NCBI GenBank assembly: GCA_963662405.2
Contig: CAXXKT010000001.1
Location: forward strand, 448,001 to 512,000
Direction of reading: 5' to 3'
Origin: Syntrophales bacterium
GTDB lineage: Bacteria; Desulfobacterota; Syntrophia; Syntrophales; UBA2210
DNA: 64,000 bases
Made by a program: the position numbers and the translations under genes. The stretch's first letter is position 1, and each line of letters begins with the position of its first letter. This document shows positions 22,938 through 33,697 of the stretch, piece by piece. The notes below the pieces were generated by a model, which saw only the letters and a program-made list of their open reading frames with translations, searched no databases and was not told the origin of the DNA.

Positions 22938-23681
22938 GTGACTGATAACGCCATGCTAAATCTCAAACAGAATCGAGATCTTACGGAAACCGCTTCCGAC
23001 GGATCTTTGCTGCGGCTCTCCGACGGAGAGGTCCACTTTCTGTGGTGGTTTATACAGGGCGGCATCATGCGTCCGGCAATCCGGCGGCGGCTGCGGAAGG
23101 GGTGGGGTATGTGCGAACGGCACGCCTGGGGCTGGATCTCAGCGGAGGCGGCCTTCAGAAAGGGATATATGCACGGGCCGGCGGTCCTCTACAAAGACCT
23201 GATGAATCGGGCACAAGCCGCCTTTGCCATCCGTGGTCCCCTTCAGGAGTGGAGAACCCTGAGGACTGTGCGGACACGAGGGCCCTGCCTCATGTGCACC
23301 ATGAAATATGACTCTCACAGCAGGGGGTTCATGAAAGCGGAGCACGCGCTGATCGGCCGGGACCTCGGCGCGCTTCAGGACCTGGCCGCGAGAACCGCTC
23401 CGTACTGGGGAAAGGCCCTGTGCGGCCGGTGTGCCGGCACCGATTCGCCCCAGAGGTGCCGCAGGCATCTGGTGGAAGAACTGTCACGGGGTGAGATCAC
23501 GGACCTGTCGCCCCACGTCTCCCTCGTCAATCATATAGAGACGCATATGAGGATGTATAACCGTTCTTTCTGTCACGGATACCATGGAACCGATACCGAT
23601 GAGGACCGGGCCGCCCTGATCAGTGCCGTGGGCTGGTGCTCCGGATGGAAGACACTGCTCTCCATCGTCGAGGCAACCTGA
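22938..23681 (+). CDS. Hypothetical protein with repeated CxxH/CxxC motifs (DUF6062-like)
   Basis: GWGMCERH, GPCLMC, LCGRC, RCRRH. Confidence 0.6.
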   Translation: MTDNAMLNLKQNRDLTETASDGSLLRLSDGEVHFLWWFIQGGIMRPAIRRRLRKGWGMCERHAWGWISAEAAFRKGYMHGPAVLYKDLMNRAQAAFAIRGPLQEWRTLRTVRTRGPCLMCTMKYDSHSRGFMKAEHALIGRDLGALQDLAARTAPYWGKALCGRCAGTDSPQRCRRHLVEELSRGEITDLSPHVSLVNHIETHMRMYNRSFCHGYHGTDTDEDRAALISAVGWCSGWKTLLSIVEAT

Positions 23682-23724
23682 ACTCTCGTTTTTAACCATT
23701 GATCCCGCAAAAAACCGTCTCGCG

Positions 23725-24343
23725 TCACCGTCCCCCTATCAGGTCAGCCAGTTCCCGGGATACCGCCTCGGGGTCGTCCGCGGCACATATGGCGGAGACC
23801 ACGGCGAGACAGTCGCCACCCGCCGCAACCACCTGCGCCGCGTTAGCGGGACTGATCCCCCCGATGGCGACGAGGGGGGTGGCGGGAGAAGGCCTTGATC
23901 CGGGCCAGGCCGTCGAGACCCCAGGCCCCCTTCGTGTCGGTCTTGGTGGGGGTCGCGAAGACGGGGCTGACACCGATGTAATCGCAGTCGAGCCCTTCGG
24001 CCTCCTCCACATCTTCCCATGTCTCCACCGACAGGCCGACGATTGCGCCGGGCCCCATCAGGGAACGGGCCATCTTATAGGGCATGTCGTCCTGCCCCAC
24101 GTGCACCCCCTCGGCCCCGATCGCGAGGGCCACGTCGACGCGGTCGTTGATGATCAATGGGACGCGGAACGTCGCGAGGATCTCCTTGATCCGCAGGGCC
24201 TCCTCGATGAATTCCCGCGTGGTCTGATCCTTCTCACGGATCTGTACGTATCGCGCGCCGCCCTTTACGGAACGCTCTACGACCTCTTCCAGCGGCCTTC
24301 CCCCGCACAGGGCGCGGTCGGTGACCAGATACAATCCCTTCAT
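23725..24343 (-). CDS. thiE: Thiamine-phosphate synthase (extra base near 23876)
   Basis: [37 protein letters not shown]. Confidence 0.93.
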
Positions 24344-25152
24344 GACACCACCTCTATCCTGAGCCGCTCCTTCAGGTCCTCTTCCGAGAGGCGGTAGAGG
24401 GTGTCCAGGAAGGCAACCTGCAGGCTCCCCGGCCCCTCGGAAGACCCGGCGGCGATCTCTCCGGCGACCCCCATCACCGCCATTGCCCCCACGGCGGCGG
24501 CAGAAAAGGAACGATTCACGGCGGCAAAGGCCCCGCACAGGGCGGTGGCCGTGCACCCCAGACCGGTCACCCGCGGCATCATGGGGTGACCGTTTTCGAC
24601 CTGTATCACGCCATTATCGTCCACGATATAGTCCACCTCGCCGCTGATGCAGACGGTGCACCCCGTCTCACCGTTCAGACGGCGGGCCGCCTCCAGCGCG
24701 GCCGCTGAGGGGTCGGCGCTGTCCACCCCCTTCGTCTTCGCCCCGTGCGCTACAAGGGCCATGATCTCCGAGGCATTTCCACGGACGATCGACGGGGGGA
24801 CGTACGCGATGAGGTCCCGGGCCGTCTTCGTCCGGTATGCGGTGGCACCAACCCCGACGGGATCGATAACCAGCGGTATTCCCAAGTCACGTGCCCTTCC
24901 GGCGGCCTTGAACATCGCCGCCACCCACGACCGGCTCAGGGTCCCGATATTGATCACCAGGGCCCCGGCGATCCCCGTCATCTCTTCCACCTCCTCCTCG
25001 GCGTGCGCCATGACCGGGGAGCCCCCCAGTGCCAGGAGGGCATTGGCGGTCGTGTTCATCACCACATAGTTGGTGATGTTGTGGACCAGGGGGGCCTGCT
25101 CCCTGATCCGTGCGATATCTCCGTAGATGCTCCTTGCTGATATATCCATCAT
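24340..25152 (-). CDS. thiM: Hydroxyethylthiazole kinase
   Basis: [37 protein letters not shown]. Confidence 0.95.
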   Translation of the reverse strand: MMDISARSIYGDIARIREQAPLVHNITNYVVMNTTANALLALGGSPVMAHAEEEVEEMTGIAGALVINIGTLSRSWVAAMFKAAGRARDLGIPLVIDPVGVGATAYRTKTARDLIAYVPPSIVRGNASEIMALVAHGAKTKGVDSADPSAAALEAARRLNGETGCTVCISGEVDYIVDDNGVIQVENGHPMMPRVTGLGCTATALCGAFAAVNRSFSAAAVGAMAVMGVAGEIAAGSSEGPGSLQVAFLDTLYRLSEEDLKERLRIEVVS

Positions 25153-25160
25153 AGGTTCTC

Positions 25161-26105
25161 CTATCTCCCCAGGACGACGGTGACGTCGACCTTCTGTTCG
25201 ATGAGACCGTACCGGAGGGCGAAGTCCGCAAATTCCTGCCACTTGTCCTGGTCGCACCCCTGGCTGTGGGCGTAGAGGGGACGGGTAATCTCGAAGGCCT
25301 TTTTCTCCATCTCTCGCGGGGCATCCGGGACGGCGGCAAAGTATGAGGCAAGGGCCTTCCCCGGGTCCTTCCTCGTCCGGGCAATGGCGCGGTCCACCGC
25401 GCGGGCGAAGCCCGTGAGGACCGCTCCCCGTTCCTGTGCCGTGTGCGTACCGCTGATAAAGACCAGCTCGTCGTAGTCCGGGATCCCCCACTCGTTCAGT
25501 TCGAAGTACCCGGCCCGGTATCCCTTCTCCTCGAGTTCCACCACCTCGTAGTTCTTGTAGGGGCCCATGATCGCGTCCACCTTCGCCGCCACCAGGGACT
25601 GGACGATGGCGAACCCCACGTTGATCGGCTCGTAGTCCTTGATCCCGTTGATCTTCGCGAAGGCCTCCGCCAGGACGTCCATCATCCCGGGGACGGTGTA
25701 TCCGATCTTCTTCCCTTCCAGATCGGCCGGCTTTTCGATCCCCTTCCCCTCAAGAAAGAGGAGGACGCTGAGGGGGTGTTCCACCAGCCGCCCGACGACC
25801 CGGATCTTCAGGCCGACTGAGGCGCCGATGATCACCTGCGGTTCATACGAAACGGCGATATCGACGTTCCCCGACGCGGCGAGCTTCAGGGCGTCCGTGG
25901 TGGATGACGGGGTCAGGATCTCAACCTCGATCCCCTCATCGGCAAAGAGCCCCTCCTGCTGGGCCACATACAGCGGGAGATGATCGATATTGGGAAACCA
26001 GTCGAGCATGACGGTCACCTTCTCCGCCGCGCAGAGGGGATGGGCAACCAGCAGAGACAGCAATACCAGCGCCATCGCTACAACCATTGTGAGACTTCTT
26101 TTCAT
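25161..26105 (-). CDS. NMT1/THI5-like (ThiY) ABC substrate-binding protein
   Basis: Signal peptide, [27 protein letters not shown]. Confidence 0.9.
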   Translation of the reverse strand: MKRSLTMVVAMALVLLSLLVAHPLCAAEKVTVMLDWFPNIDHLPLYVAQQEGLFADEGIEVEILTPSSTTDALKLAASGNVDIAVSYEPQVIIGASVGLKIRVVGRLVEHPLSVLLFLEGKGIEKPADLEGKKIGYTVPGMMDVLAEAFAKINGIKDYEPINVGFAIVQSLVAAKVDAIMGPYKNYEVVELEEKGYRAGYFELNEWGIPDYDELVFISGTHTAQERGAVLTGFARAVDRAIARTRKDPGKALASYFAAVPDAPREMEKKAFEITRPLYAHSQGCDQDKWQEFADFALRYGLIEQKVDVTVVLGR

Positions 26106-26122
26106 TTCTTCTCTCTTCCTTT

Positions 26123-26861
26123 CTATTTCCAATCGATAACCTTCTTTTCAAGAAGACCGACACAGGCCCACAGGGCGAGTCCCATGGCGGACAGCCACAC
26201 GATCGCCGCGAAGACCAAAGAGACCTGGAGCCTGGCGTTGGCCTGTATCATCAGGTACCCCAGCCCCTTCTGCGCCCCCACCCATTCCCCGATGACCGCC
26301 CCGATCGTGGCGACGGTAACCCCCACCTTCAGACCGGAGAAGAAGTAGGGAAGCGCCCAGGGCCAGTAGAGGAGGCGCATCTTCTGCCGGAACCCCGCCC
26401 CCATCAGATCGAAGAAGACGGCATGTTCACGGTCGCAGTTCTTGTATCCCTCGAGGAGACTGACCGTGATGGGGAAAAAAATAATGATCGCCGCCATCAG
26501 GACCTTGCTGGCGAGACCGTACCCCAGCCAGACCACCAGGAGGGGGGCCAGCGCAAATACCGGTACCGCCTGGGAAGCAACAAGAAAGGGCGACAAGGCC
26601 CGCTCAACCGACGGGAAAGCGAACATTCCCGTCGCGAGGGGAATGGCGATCAGGAGGGACAGGACAATCCCCGCAACGATCTCCAGGGCGGTCACCCCCC
26701 GCGTGGGGAAGGAGCAGCGGCGCTTTGACGATCGTCGTCTCTATCACCGCGGTGGGGGGAGGGAGGATGAAATCGGGCACGGCAAACCACCGGCAGGCAC
26801 CCTCCCATATCACGATGACGACGGCGACCAGCGCCAGGGATATCCAGTTAGATCGTCTCAT
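26123..26861 (-). CDS. ABC permease, ThiX-like (extra base near 26697)
   Basis: ILPPP, SQAVPVFALAPL, GAVIGEW, GLGY. Confidence 0.88.
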
Positions 26862-27591
26862 GGATGTCTCCCTCCAGTTCATCGAGGACATGCTCCCTGA
26901 TCCTCAGGAGGTCGGGGTTGGTGCTCCGCCCCGCCTTCGGCATATCCAGGACAAACCGTTCCCTCACCCGCATGGGCAGGGGGGTCAGGACCAGCAATTC
27001 ATCGGAAAGGAGGAGGGCCTCCTCGATGTCGTGCGTAATCATCAGTATGGTCTTCTTGAATTCGCTCTGGAGGAGCAGAAGCAGTCCCTGGAGTCCCCTG
27101 CGGGTGATGGCGTCCAGAGAAGAAAGGGGCTCGTCCAGGAGGACCAGTTCGTGCTCGAACATCAGGGTCCGGACCAGGGCGCAGCGCTGCCGCATCCCGC
27201 CGGATACCTTCGCCGGGGTGTACCCCTCGAAGCCGTCGAGTTCCAGTCGCCGGAAAAGGGACAGGACTTTTCCCCGGGATTCATCCGGATCGCCGCCGGC
27301 GATCTTCGCCGGGAGGATGGCGTTGTCGAGGAGGGAAAGCCACGGGAGAAGCAGGTCCTTCTGCTGCATGTACGCCGCCCGCCCCATCAGGTGAGGAACC
27401 GCTTCCCCCAGCCAGGAGATCCTCCCGCCGTCCTTGGGGAAGACCCCCGTGAGGATGTCGAAGAGGGTACTCTTCCCGCAACCGGAAGGCCCGATCAGGG
27501 TCGTGAAACCGCCCCGGCGGAGGGTCAGATCGAAACCGTCCATCACCGAAAGGTCCTCGAATCTCTTTGTCAGCCCCGAAACCGAAAGCAT
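26848..27591 (-). CDS. ABC ATP-binding protein, ThiZ-like
   Basis: GPSGCGKST, SGGMRQR, LLDEP, ITHD. Confidence 0.92.
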   Translation of the reverse strand: MLSVSGLTKRFEDLSVMDGFDLTLRRGGFTTLIGPSGCGKSTLFDILTGVFPKDGGRISWLGEAVPHLMGRAAYMQQKDLLLPWLSLLDNAILPAKIAGGDPDESRGKVLSLFRRLELDGFEGYTPAKVSGGMRQRCALVRTLMFEHELVLLDEPLSSLDAITRRGLQGLLLLLQSEFKKTILMITHDIEEALLLSDELLVLTPLPMRVRERFVLDMPKAGRSTNPDLLRIREHVLDELEGDIHETI

Positions 27592-27620
27592 GCTACACCG
27601 CTCCCGATCCGCCTGGTCAC

Positions 27621-28907
27621 TCAGGCGAACCGTTTTTCTTTCTTCCCCAGTTTGATGGCGCAGAATTCACCGCACATGGTGCATCCCTCTTCCTGTGCGC
27701 GCGTGCTCCTCTCGAGGAACGCCCCGGCCTTCTCCGGATCAAGGGCCGTTTTTACCTGCCCGTCCCAGTCGAATCCTTTGCGATACCGCGCCATGAGGAG
27801 ATCCTGTTCGAACGCACCGGGGACACCCTTGGCAATATCGGCGATGTGGGCGGCGATCTTCGATGCGACCGTCCCCTCTCTGACATCTTCCAATGTGGGA
27901 AGCCTCAGATGTTCCGCTGGGGTCACGTAGCAGAGAAAATCCGCGCCGGCCGATCCGGCGATGGCACCGCCGATGGCCGCCGTTATATGATCGTACCCGG
28001 GGGCTATGTCCGTCGGAAGCGGGCCCAGGACGTAAAAAGGGGCCCCGTGGCAGAGGCTCTTCTGTAGCCTCATGTTCGCCTCGATATCCCGGATGGGGAC
28101 ATGTCCCGGCCCCTCGATCATGACCTGGACACCGCAGGCCCGCGCCCTGTCGGTCAGTTCGCCCAGGAGGATCAGCTCCTGGATCTGTCCCCGGTCCGTC
28201 GCATCCGCGATACATCCCGGCCGCAGACCGTCGCCGAGGCTCAGGACCATGTCATAACGGGCAGCAATCTCACACAGCCTGTCAAAATCTGCATAGAGGG
28301 GGTTTTCCCTCTCATTGTAACGCATCCATCGCTCAAGGATCGACCCTCCCCTGCTGACGATGCCCAGGACACGTCCTTCCTCTTCTATACAAGCAACACT
28401 CCGTCGCGTCACCCCGCAGTGGACGGTAATAAAATCAACCCCATCCTTCCCGTTTTCCTCTATGGCTTCGAAGAGATCATCCGCGGTCATCTCGACGATC
28501 GCCTTTTCCTCTTCCACCATCTTTGTGGCGACCTGATATATGGGAACGGTCCCGACGATCAGCGAGGTCCGCTTGATGATCTCCTTCCGGACCTTCCCCA
28601 CATCGCCCCCCGTGGACAGGTCCATGATCGCGTCCGAGCCGGCGGATTCCGCCACCCCGACCTTTTCGAGCTCCCGTTTCAGGTTCGCATGATCGCCGGA
28701 GGTCCCGATATTGACGTTGATCTTTGTGGTGAGCCCCTTCCCGATGGCGACAGGGAGGATCGAGGCATGTCCGTTGTTTCGGACCACCACAATGGTCCCC
28801 TCCTCAACTCCCGCTCGCACACACTCGGGGGGGACATGCTCCCGCCGGGCGCATATCTCCATTTCTTCCGATATCCGGCCCCTTTGTGCCATCTCGAGTT
28901 GAGTCAT
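27621..28907 (-). CDS. thiC: Phosphomethylpyrimidine synthase
   Basis: [28 protein letters not shown]-terminal CTMCGEFC. Confidence 0.97.
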   Translation of the reverse strand: MTQLEMAQRGRISEEMEICARREHVPPECVRAGVEEGTIVVVRNNGHASILPVAIGKGLTTKINVNIGTSGDHANLKRELEKVGVAESAGSDAIMDLSTGGDVGKVRKEIIKRTSLIVGTVPIYQVATKMVEEEKAIVEMTADDLFEAIEENGKDGVDFITVHCGVTRRSVACIEEEGRVLGIVSRGGSILERWMRYNERENPLYADFDRLCEIAARYDMVLSLGDGLRPGCIADATDRGQIQELILLGELTDRARACGVQVMIEGPGHVPIRDIEANMRLQKSLCHGAPFYVLGPLPTDIAPGYDHITAAIGGAIAGSAGADFLCYVTPAEHLRLPTLEDVREGTVASKIAAHIADIAKGVPGAFEQDLLMARYRKGFDWDGQVKTALDPEKAGAFLERSTRAQEEGCTMCGEFCAIKLGKKEKRFA

Positions 28908-29710
28908 CCTTCCATCCCTCTCGAACCTGTCCGCCCCCCCGCCCCAAGAATGAGGTCCGCCACCTTCTTTCCGGAAAGCAGCATCCCCCCGAATATGGGT
29001 CCCATGCGCGGACCACCGAACGCCGCATTGGCCGCCATCCCGGTAACGAAGACCCCGGGACAGATCTCTTTCGTATTGTCAATCGTCAACCGTTCCGCCT
29101 TGTCGGCCCACATGGAACGCTCACCCAGTATCTTTCCCGTCGGCGTATTCAAAACAACATCGGCCTTCCGTTCGATCACATGCAGCACCTCGGTCGCATG
29201 TCCCGTTGCATCGATGACGTACCTTGCAGCAATGGAAAGGGGATCCACATGCAGACCCGCCATCTCCACCGGGGACCACGTGACGACGAGCCCGGTCACC
29301 CGCCCCTCACGAATGATCACATCCTCCACGCTCATACAATTGAACACCTTCGCACCGGCCTTCATGGCGCGGGAACAGATCGTGGTGACCGCTTCCACCG
29401 CATCGGCCGTGTAATACCCCGGTTCATACTCGCTCGTGCCGACATCGAAAAGGTCGAGGATTTCCTTCCCCTCTTCCTGGACAACGATTTCATTGAACAT
29501 CATGCCACCGCCCCACATCCCGCCGCCGATACTCAGCTTTCGTTCAAAGATGGCAACCTTTTGTCCGGCCTGCGCCAGAAAGTAGGCCGCTACGAGACCG
29601 GAAGGTCCCGCACCGACGATGGCCGTATCGATCTCGGTGTATGCGAGAAACTTCTCTGAAAATCGCTCAATAATTGCCTTCGTTATCACTACTTCACTCA
29701 ACTGCATCAT
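28904..29710 (-). CDS. thi4: Thi4-family (sulfide-dependent) thiazole synthase
   Basis: [40 protein letters not shown]. Confidence 0.93.
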   Translation of the reverse strand: MMQLSEVVITKAIIERFSEKFLAYTEIDTAIVGAGPSGLVAAYFLAQAGQKVAIFERKLSIGGGMWGGGMMFNEIVVQEEGKEILDLFDVGTSEYEPGYYTADAVEAVTTICSRAMKAGAKVFNCMSVEDVIIREGRVTGLVVTWSPVEMAGLHVDPLSIAARYVIDATGHATEVLHVIERKADVVLNTPTGKILGERSMWADKAERLTIDNTKEICPGVFVTGMAANAAFGGPRMGPIFGGMLLSGKKVADLILGAGGRTGSRGMEG

Positions 29711-29740
29711 TCCCGCTCCTTATGGTATGGTGAGAGACCT

Positions 29741-31081
29741 TCACAGTTTCTTCGATATGCTCACAACCTTTTCGACAACCCGCGCCGGCGTTTGCCCCAG
29801 AACCCGGATCACCGGCTCCTTTCCCACCTCGCCGCGGTCAAAGATGGCATCAGGTATCGTTGAACGCCTCGCCAAAACCGCATTCGTCCCCCATTCAAGG
29901 GAAGATCCTTCCCTCTCCTTTATGTCCGCAGGCTCATCGGAGCGGCTGAAGCTGTCGATATCGTATCCCAGCTCCTCGCATCTTCGGAGGATATCCTCCG
30001 AAAACCGGATGTCCATCGCGGAACGGAACGCCCCGTCGAAGCGCATCACCGTCAGTACCACACCGGCGACATGGCTGGAGGCACCGAATTCCGGGTCATG
30101 GAGGGTCTCGACATCTTCGCCGACCCTGATGATCCTCCCCGGAATGGCCGCCACCTCACCCGCCTCACGGGCATCGGGGAGGGCAAAAACCAGATTGGAC
30201 TGTATCTCGGGTATGATATTGCCGCACCGTTCATCCTTGAGGACCCGGACGGCGTCTTTGAGGTCTCGGATGCACCGGTAGCGTTCGCTCTCCCGGAAGA
30301 CCCAGGCCATGTGGTTGGTGGGTCCGTGCCCGCCGCCGATGGGGAGGGCTGCCCGGATGGCCGCGGTTATGTACTCCTTCGCCCGGCTGACCGCCTCGTA
30401 GACATTCATCCCCTGTGCGAGCCCCGTGGCGATGGCGGCTGAAATGGTGCACCCCGTTCCGTGGGTGTTCTTCGTATCGATCCGTTCAGAGGTGAACCGG
30501 TGAAACCCCGTACCGTCGTACAGGACATCCAGGGCGTCTCCCGGCATGTGCCCCCCCTTCAGGAAGACGTTCCTCGCCCCCATTTCGTGGATGACCCGGG
30601 CCGCCTCCTCCATCTGCTCGACGGTGGTTATTGTCATCCCGGTCAGTTCCTCCGCCTCGGGGACATTGGGGGTGATCACGTAGGCCAGCGGCAGGAGCCG
30701 GTCGATCACGGTCTTCTTTGCCTCCTCGCGGATCAGCATCGCCCCTCCCTTGGCCACCATCACGGGGTCGATGACGAGTTTTTCTATCTCGTACTGCTCT
30801 ATCTTGCGGGCAACCATGTCCATGATCTCCGAGCTGGAGAGCATCCCCGTCTTCGCCGCATCGACACCGATGTCGGTCGCCACCGCGTCGAACTGCTTCT
30901 CGACAAAGTCGGGGGGAATCTCATGGATCCCGTGTACCCCGAGGGTATTCTGGGCGGTCAGGGCCGTGATCACGCTCATGCCGAACCCGCCGAGGGCCGT
31001 TATCGTCTTGAGGTCCGCCTGTATCCCGGCACCGCCGCCGGAATCGGACCCCGCTATCGTCAATACCTTTCCTACTACCAT
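29741..31081 (-). CDS. thiD: ThiD HMP(-P) kinase fused to an archaeal-type ThiN thiamine-phosphate synthase domain
   Basis: TIAGSDSGGGAGIQADLK, HGTGC; C-terminal IPEIQSN, IPGRI, FGASSHVA, GEVGKEP. Confidence 0.92.
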   Translation of the reverse strand: MVVGKVLTIAGSDSGGGAGIQADLKTITALGGFGMSVITALTAQNTLGVHGIHEIPPDFVEKQFDAVATDIGVDAAKTGMLSSSEIMDMVARKIEQYEIEKLVIDPVMVAKGGAMLIREEAKKTVIDRLLPLAYVITPNVPEAEELTGMTITTVEQMEEAARVIHEMGARNVFLKGGHMPGDALDVLYDGTGFHRFTSERIDTKNTHGTGCTISAAIATGLAQGMNVYEAVSRAKEYITAAIRAALPIGGGHGPTNHMAWVFRESERYRCIRDLKDAVRVLKDERCGNIIPEIQSNLVFALPDAREAGEVAAIPGRIIRVGEDVETLHDPEFGASSHVAGVVLTVMRFDGAFRSAMDIRFSEDILRRCEELGYDIDSFSRSDEPADIKEREGSSLEWGTNAVLARRSTIPDAIFDRGEVGKEPVIRVLGQTPARVVEKVVSISKKL

Positions 31082-31116
31082 TTCATCTTCTCCTCATCCC
31101 TTCACAACGGGAAGGG

Positions 31117-31767
31117 TTATACTGTGAACTGCCGAACGACCAGAAGATACCCCGACTCCACCGCGATCGTCCCCCGCGCTCCTGCCAGCCGATTGCTGAT
31201 CCCGTAGGGAACACCGATCTCCATGACCGCGTCGGTGAGGGGGTATTCGAATCCCTCCAGCGTGATCCCTCTTCCTTCCGAAGACAGGGGCAGGAGGGAA
31301 ATCGTGTCCCCTTTCTTCCCTTCAACCACGCAGGGACCGTCGATAGCAAAGAGTTCGCAGTCCCTGTCTACGATCTTTGTATCGACCCCCCGTTTCCGGC
31401 ACATGACGAGGAGTGCAATGTTGGCCAGGGCGTGGTCGATCCGCCCCCCGAGGGCGCCGTATATCCGTATCTCCTCCGGCTCCATCTCGAAGGCGTGTAC
31501 GAGGGCGATCTGCGTGTCGGTCTCGTCCTTCTCGGCCGCATACCTGACGATCCGGCTTCCCTTTGATTCGAAATAGGTCAGCGTCTCTTCATCGACGGAG
31601 TCCATGTCCCCCACGATCAGATCGGGGACCCGATCGATAGATCGCATGATCTCGGCCGCCCCGTCGGTACAGATGATCAGCGGCTCACCGGCGCGTTCGA
31701 TCTGATCCGCGAGAAACCCGGCATCATCGATGACACCGTTCGATATGACAAAGACCATCTTTCTCAT
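31117..31767 (-). CDS. Thiamine diphosphokinase
   Basis: CTDGA, IVGDMDS, KDETDTQ, GALGGRIDH, GISN. Confidence 0.92.
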   Translation of the reverse strand: MRKMVFVISNGVIDDAGFLADQIERAGEPLIICTDGAAEIMRSIDRVPDLIVGDMDSVDEETLTYFESKGSRIVRYAAEKDETDTQIALVHAFEMEPEEIRIYGALGGRIDHALANIALLVMCRKRGVDTKIVDRDCELFAIDGPCVVEGKKGDTISLLPLSSEGRGITLEGFEYPLTDAVMEIGVPYGISNRLAGARGTIAVESGYLLVVRQFTV

Positions 31768-31790
31768 AGGGCGATCTCCTTCCCCCGTCA

Positions 31791-31826
31791 CAAACAAAAA
31801 GGCGTACCCGGTGTGGATACGCCCTC
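31791..31826 (-). terminator. Intrinsic terminator (expression platform of the TPP riboswitch)
   Basis: Minus strand GGCGTATCC-ACACC-GGGTACGCC-TTTTTGTTTG between aptamer and first gene. Confidence 0.8.
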
Positions 31827-31839
31827 AAAAGATGATCGA

Positions 31840-31930
31840 ATCTCTCTCCCTGCGCTGGCATTACCCAGATCCGGTTCAAAGGGTATTATCTCAGCCCGGG
31901 ATCGCCTTACCCCGAGCACCCCTGAATGCT
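31840..31930 (-). ncRNA. TPP riboswitch
   Basis: Minus strand GGGGTGC...GCTGAGA-TAATACCC-TTTGAACCGGATCTGGGTAATGCCAGCGCAGGGA matches the THI-box core; upstream of thiamine operon. Confidence 0.95.
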
Positions 31931-31939
31931 ACGACGCAG

Positions 31940-31968
31940 ACTTTATGCCAGATATCTCCCAGAATCAA
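31940..31968 (-). promoter_or_regulatory. Putative sigma70 promoter of the thiamine operon
   Basis: TTGATT-N17-TAAAGT; the predicted start site leaves the aptamer intact. Confidence 0.55.
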
Positions 31969-31980
31969 GGAAAAAGGTGT

Positions 31981-33615
31981 CTACCGGCAAAAGATATCCG
32001 TCGCACTGAACGTCTCTCCGTCGAAGAGCCCCTGATCGCTCATCTTGAGCGCGGGGATCACAAGGAGCGCCATGAACGACAGGGCCATGAAGGGGGCACG
32101 GAGTCCCGATCCCATCTCTTTTGCCATCCCGTCGAGACGGGTATACCGGTCGGCAACGACCCCGTACTCATCGTCGCTCATGATCCCGGCGACAGGGAGG
32201 GGGAGGATGAGTTCCCTCTTTCCCGAAACGGCGGCCAGCCCTCCTCCCTGTTTAATGACGAGGTTCACCGCCCGGGACAGGTCCTCATCCAAGACCCCGA
32301 CGACCACGATATTGTGCGAGTCGTGGGCCACGCTGGAGGCGATGGCGCCTGTTTTCAGACCGAAACCGCTGATAAACCCCACCGCGGGGGACGCCTGGTG
32401 ATACCGGTTGATCACCGCCACCTTGAGGGCATCCCGTTCGGGATCCGATATCACCTGGTCGCTCACCACCTTTGGTCTCATCACCAGTCTTTCCGTGATC
32501 AGGGTGCCGTCCCGAACGCCGATCACGACGATCCGTTCTCCCCTCCGGGGGACAACAAACGAGGAAGGCACGACGGGAGCAGCGTGAAAGGTGTTGACGA
32601 TTCGTGGGGGGTCCCGGTGTACCAGTGACGCGCCATTTCGGGCAACGATCTGTCCGTCTATCCATGTCTCCAGAACGGTGAGATCGGTCAGGTTGTCGAC
32701 ACGGATGAAATCCGCGGGGTCCCCCCTGCGCAGGAGCCCCATATCCAGGCGGTAGTGCCGGACGGGATTGACCGCAGCGACCCGGAGGACTTTCATGATA
32801 TCGATGCCGTAGGCCAGCGCCCCTTTTACCATCTCGTTGATATGTCCCCTCACGAGATCGTCGGGATGTTTGTCGTCGGTGCAGAACATCAGGCGGTCGT
32901 CATGCTCCTCGATAAGGGGAAGACACTCCGCGAAGATGTCGGCGGCGGACCCTTTTCGTATCTGGACCATGATCCCCTTTTCGATGTCCTCGCGGGCCTC
33001 CTCGGCGGAGAGACACTCGTGGTTGGTCGATATCCCGGCACGGGCGTAACGAGCGAGGTCGTCTCCCCGCAGGCCGGGGGCGTGACCATCCACCGGTTTG
33101 GAGCAGGCCGCGGCGGCGCGGATCTTCGCCATCACCGTCGGGTCTCCCTGGAGCACGCCGGGGAAGTTCATCATCTCACCCAGATATCCCACCTCTTCCA
33201 TCCTCAGGAGTGCGGTCACCTCATCCACCCCGAGGGATGCCCCTGCCGTCTCGAAAGGGGTCGCCGGGACACAGGAGGGAGCACTGAAACAGATCTTCAA
33301 GGGAGCCCTTTTCGCATCCGCTACCATGTACCGCACGCCTTCGATCCCCAGGACATTGGCGATCTCGTGGGGATCGGATACCGTGGCGATCGTGCCGTGC
33401 ACGGTCGCGATCCGTGAAAACTCGGCGGGGGTGAGCATCGTGCTCTCGATATGGACGTGGGCATCGACAAAACCCGGCATGAGAAAGGTATCTTGTTCCA
33501 TCTCTTCGCGGGTGATGTCGACGATCTTTCCTCCCGAGATGACGAGGGTCCCCGGATAAATATCATCACGTGTCACATCGACGATGTTTCCCGATATTTT
33601 TTCCATCTGTGGCAT
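31981..33615 (-). CDS. ade: Adenine deaminase
   Basis: PGFVDAHVHIES, DPHEIANV, EMMNFPG, DGHAP, CTDD, AHDSHN. Confidence 0.93.
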   Translation of the reverse strand: MPQMEKISGNIVDVTRDDIYPGTLVISGGKIVDITREEMEQDTFLMPGFVDAHVHIESTMLTPAEFSRIATVHGTIATVSDPHEIANVLGIEGVRYMVADAKRAPLKICFSAPSCVPATPFETAGASLGVDEVTALLRMEEVGYLGEMMNFPGVLQGDPTVMAKIRAAAACSKPVDGHAPGLRGDDLARYARAGISTNHECLSAEEAREDIEKGIMVQIRKGSAADIFAECLPLIEEHDDRLMFCTDDKHPDDLVRGHINEMVKGALAYGIDIMKVLRVAAVNPVRHYRLDMGLLRRGDPADFIRVDNLTDLTVLETWIDGQIVARNGASLVHRDPPRIVNTFHAAPVVPSSFVVPRRGERIVVIGVRDGTLITERLVMRPKVVSDQVISDPERDALKVAVINRYHQASPAVGFISGFGLKTGAIASSVAHDSHNIVVVGVLDEDLSRAVNLVIKQGGGLAAVSGKRELILPLPVAGIMSDDEYGVVADRYTRLDGMAKEMGSGLRAPFMALSFMALLVIPALKMSDQGLFDGETFSATDIFCR

Positions 33616-33697
33616 CCTGCGGAAAGCGACGGATTCCCAAAGACCCGGACCGGTCCCTCCCCCACCACGGAGTAGGGCGAAGAGGGAACCGGTACCG

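Noticed and set aside
31935..31950. Sigma54-like TGGCATAAAGTCTGC (GG-N10-GC) upstream of the TPP riboswitch
   Set aside because: The implied start near 31924 would clip the aptamer P1 strand; the overlapping sigma70 TTGATT-N17-TAAAGT fits better
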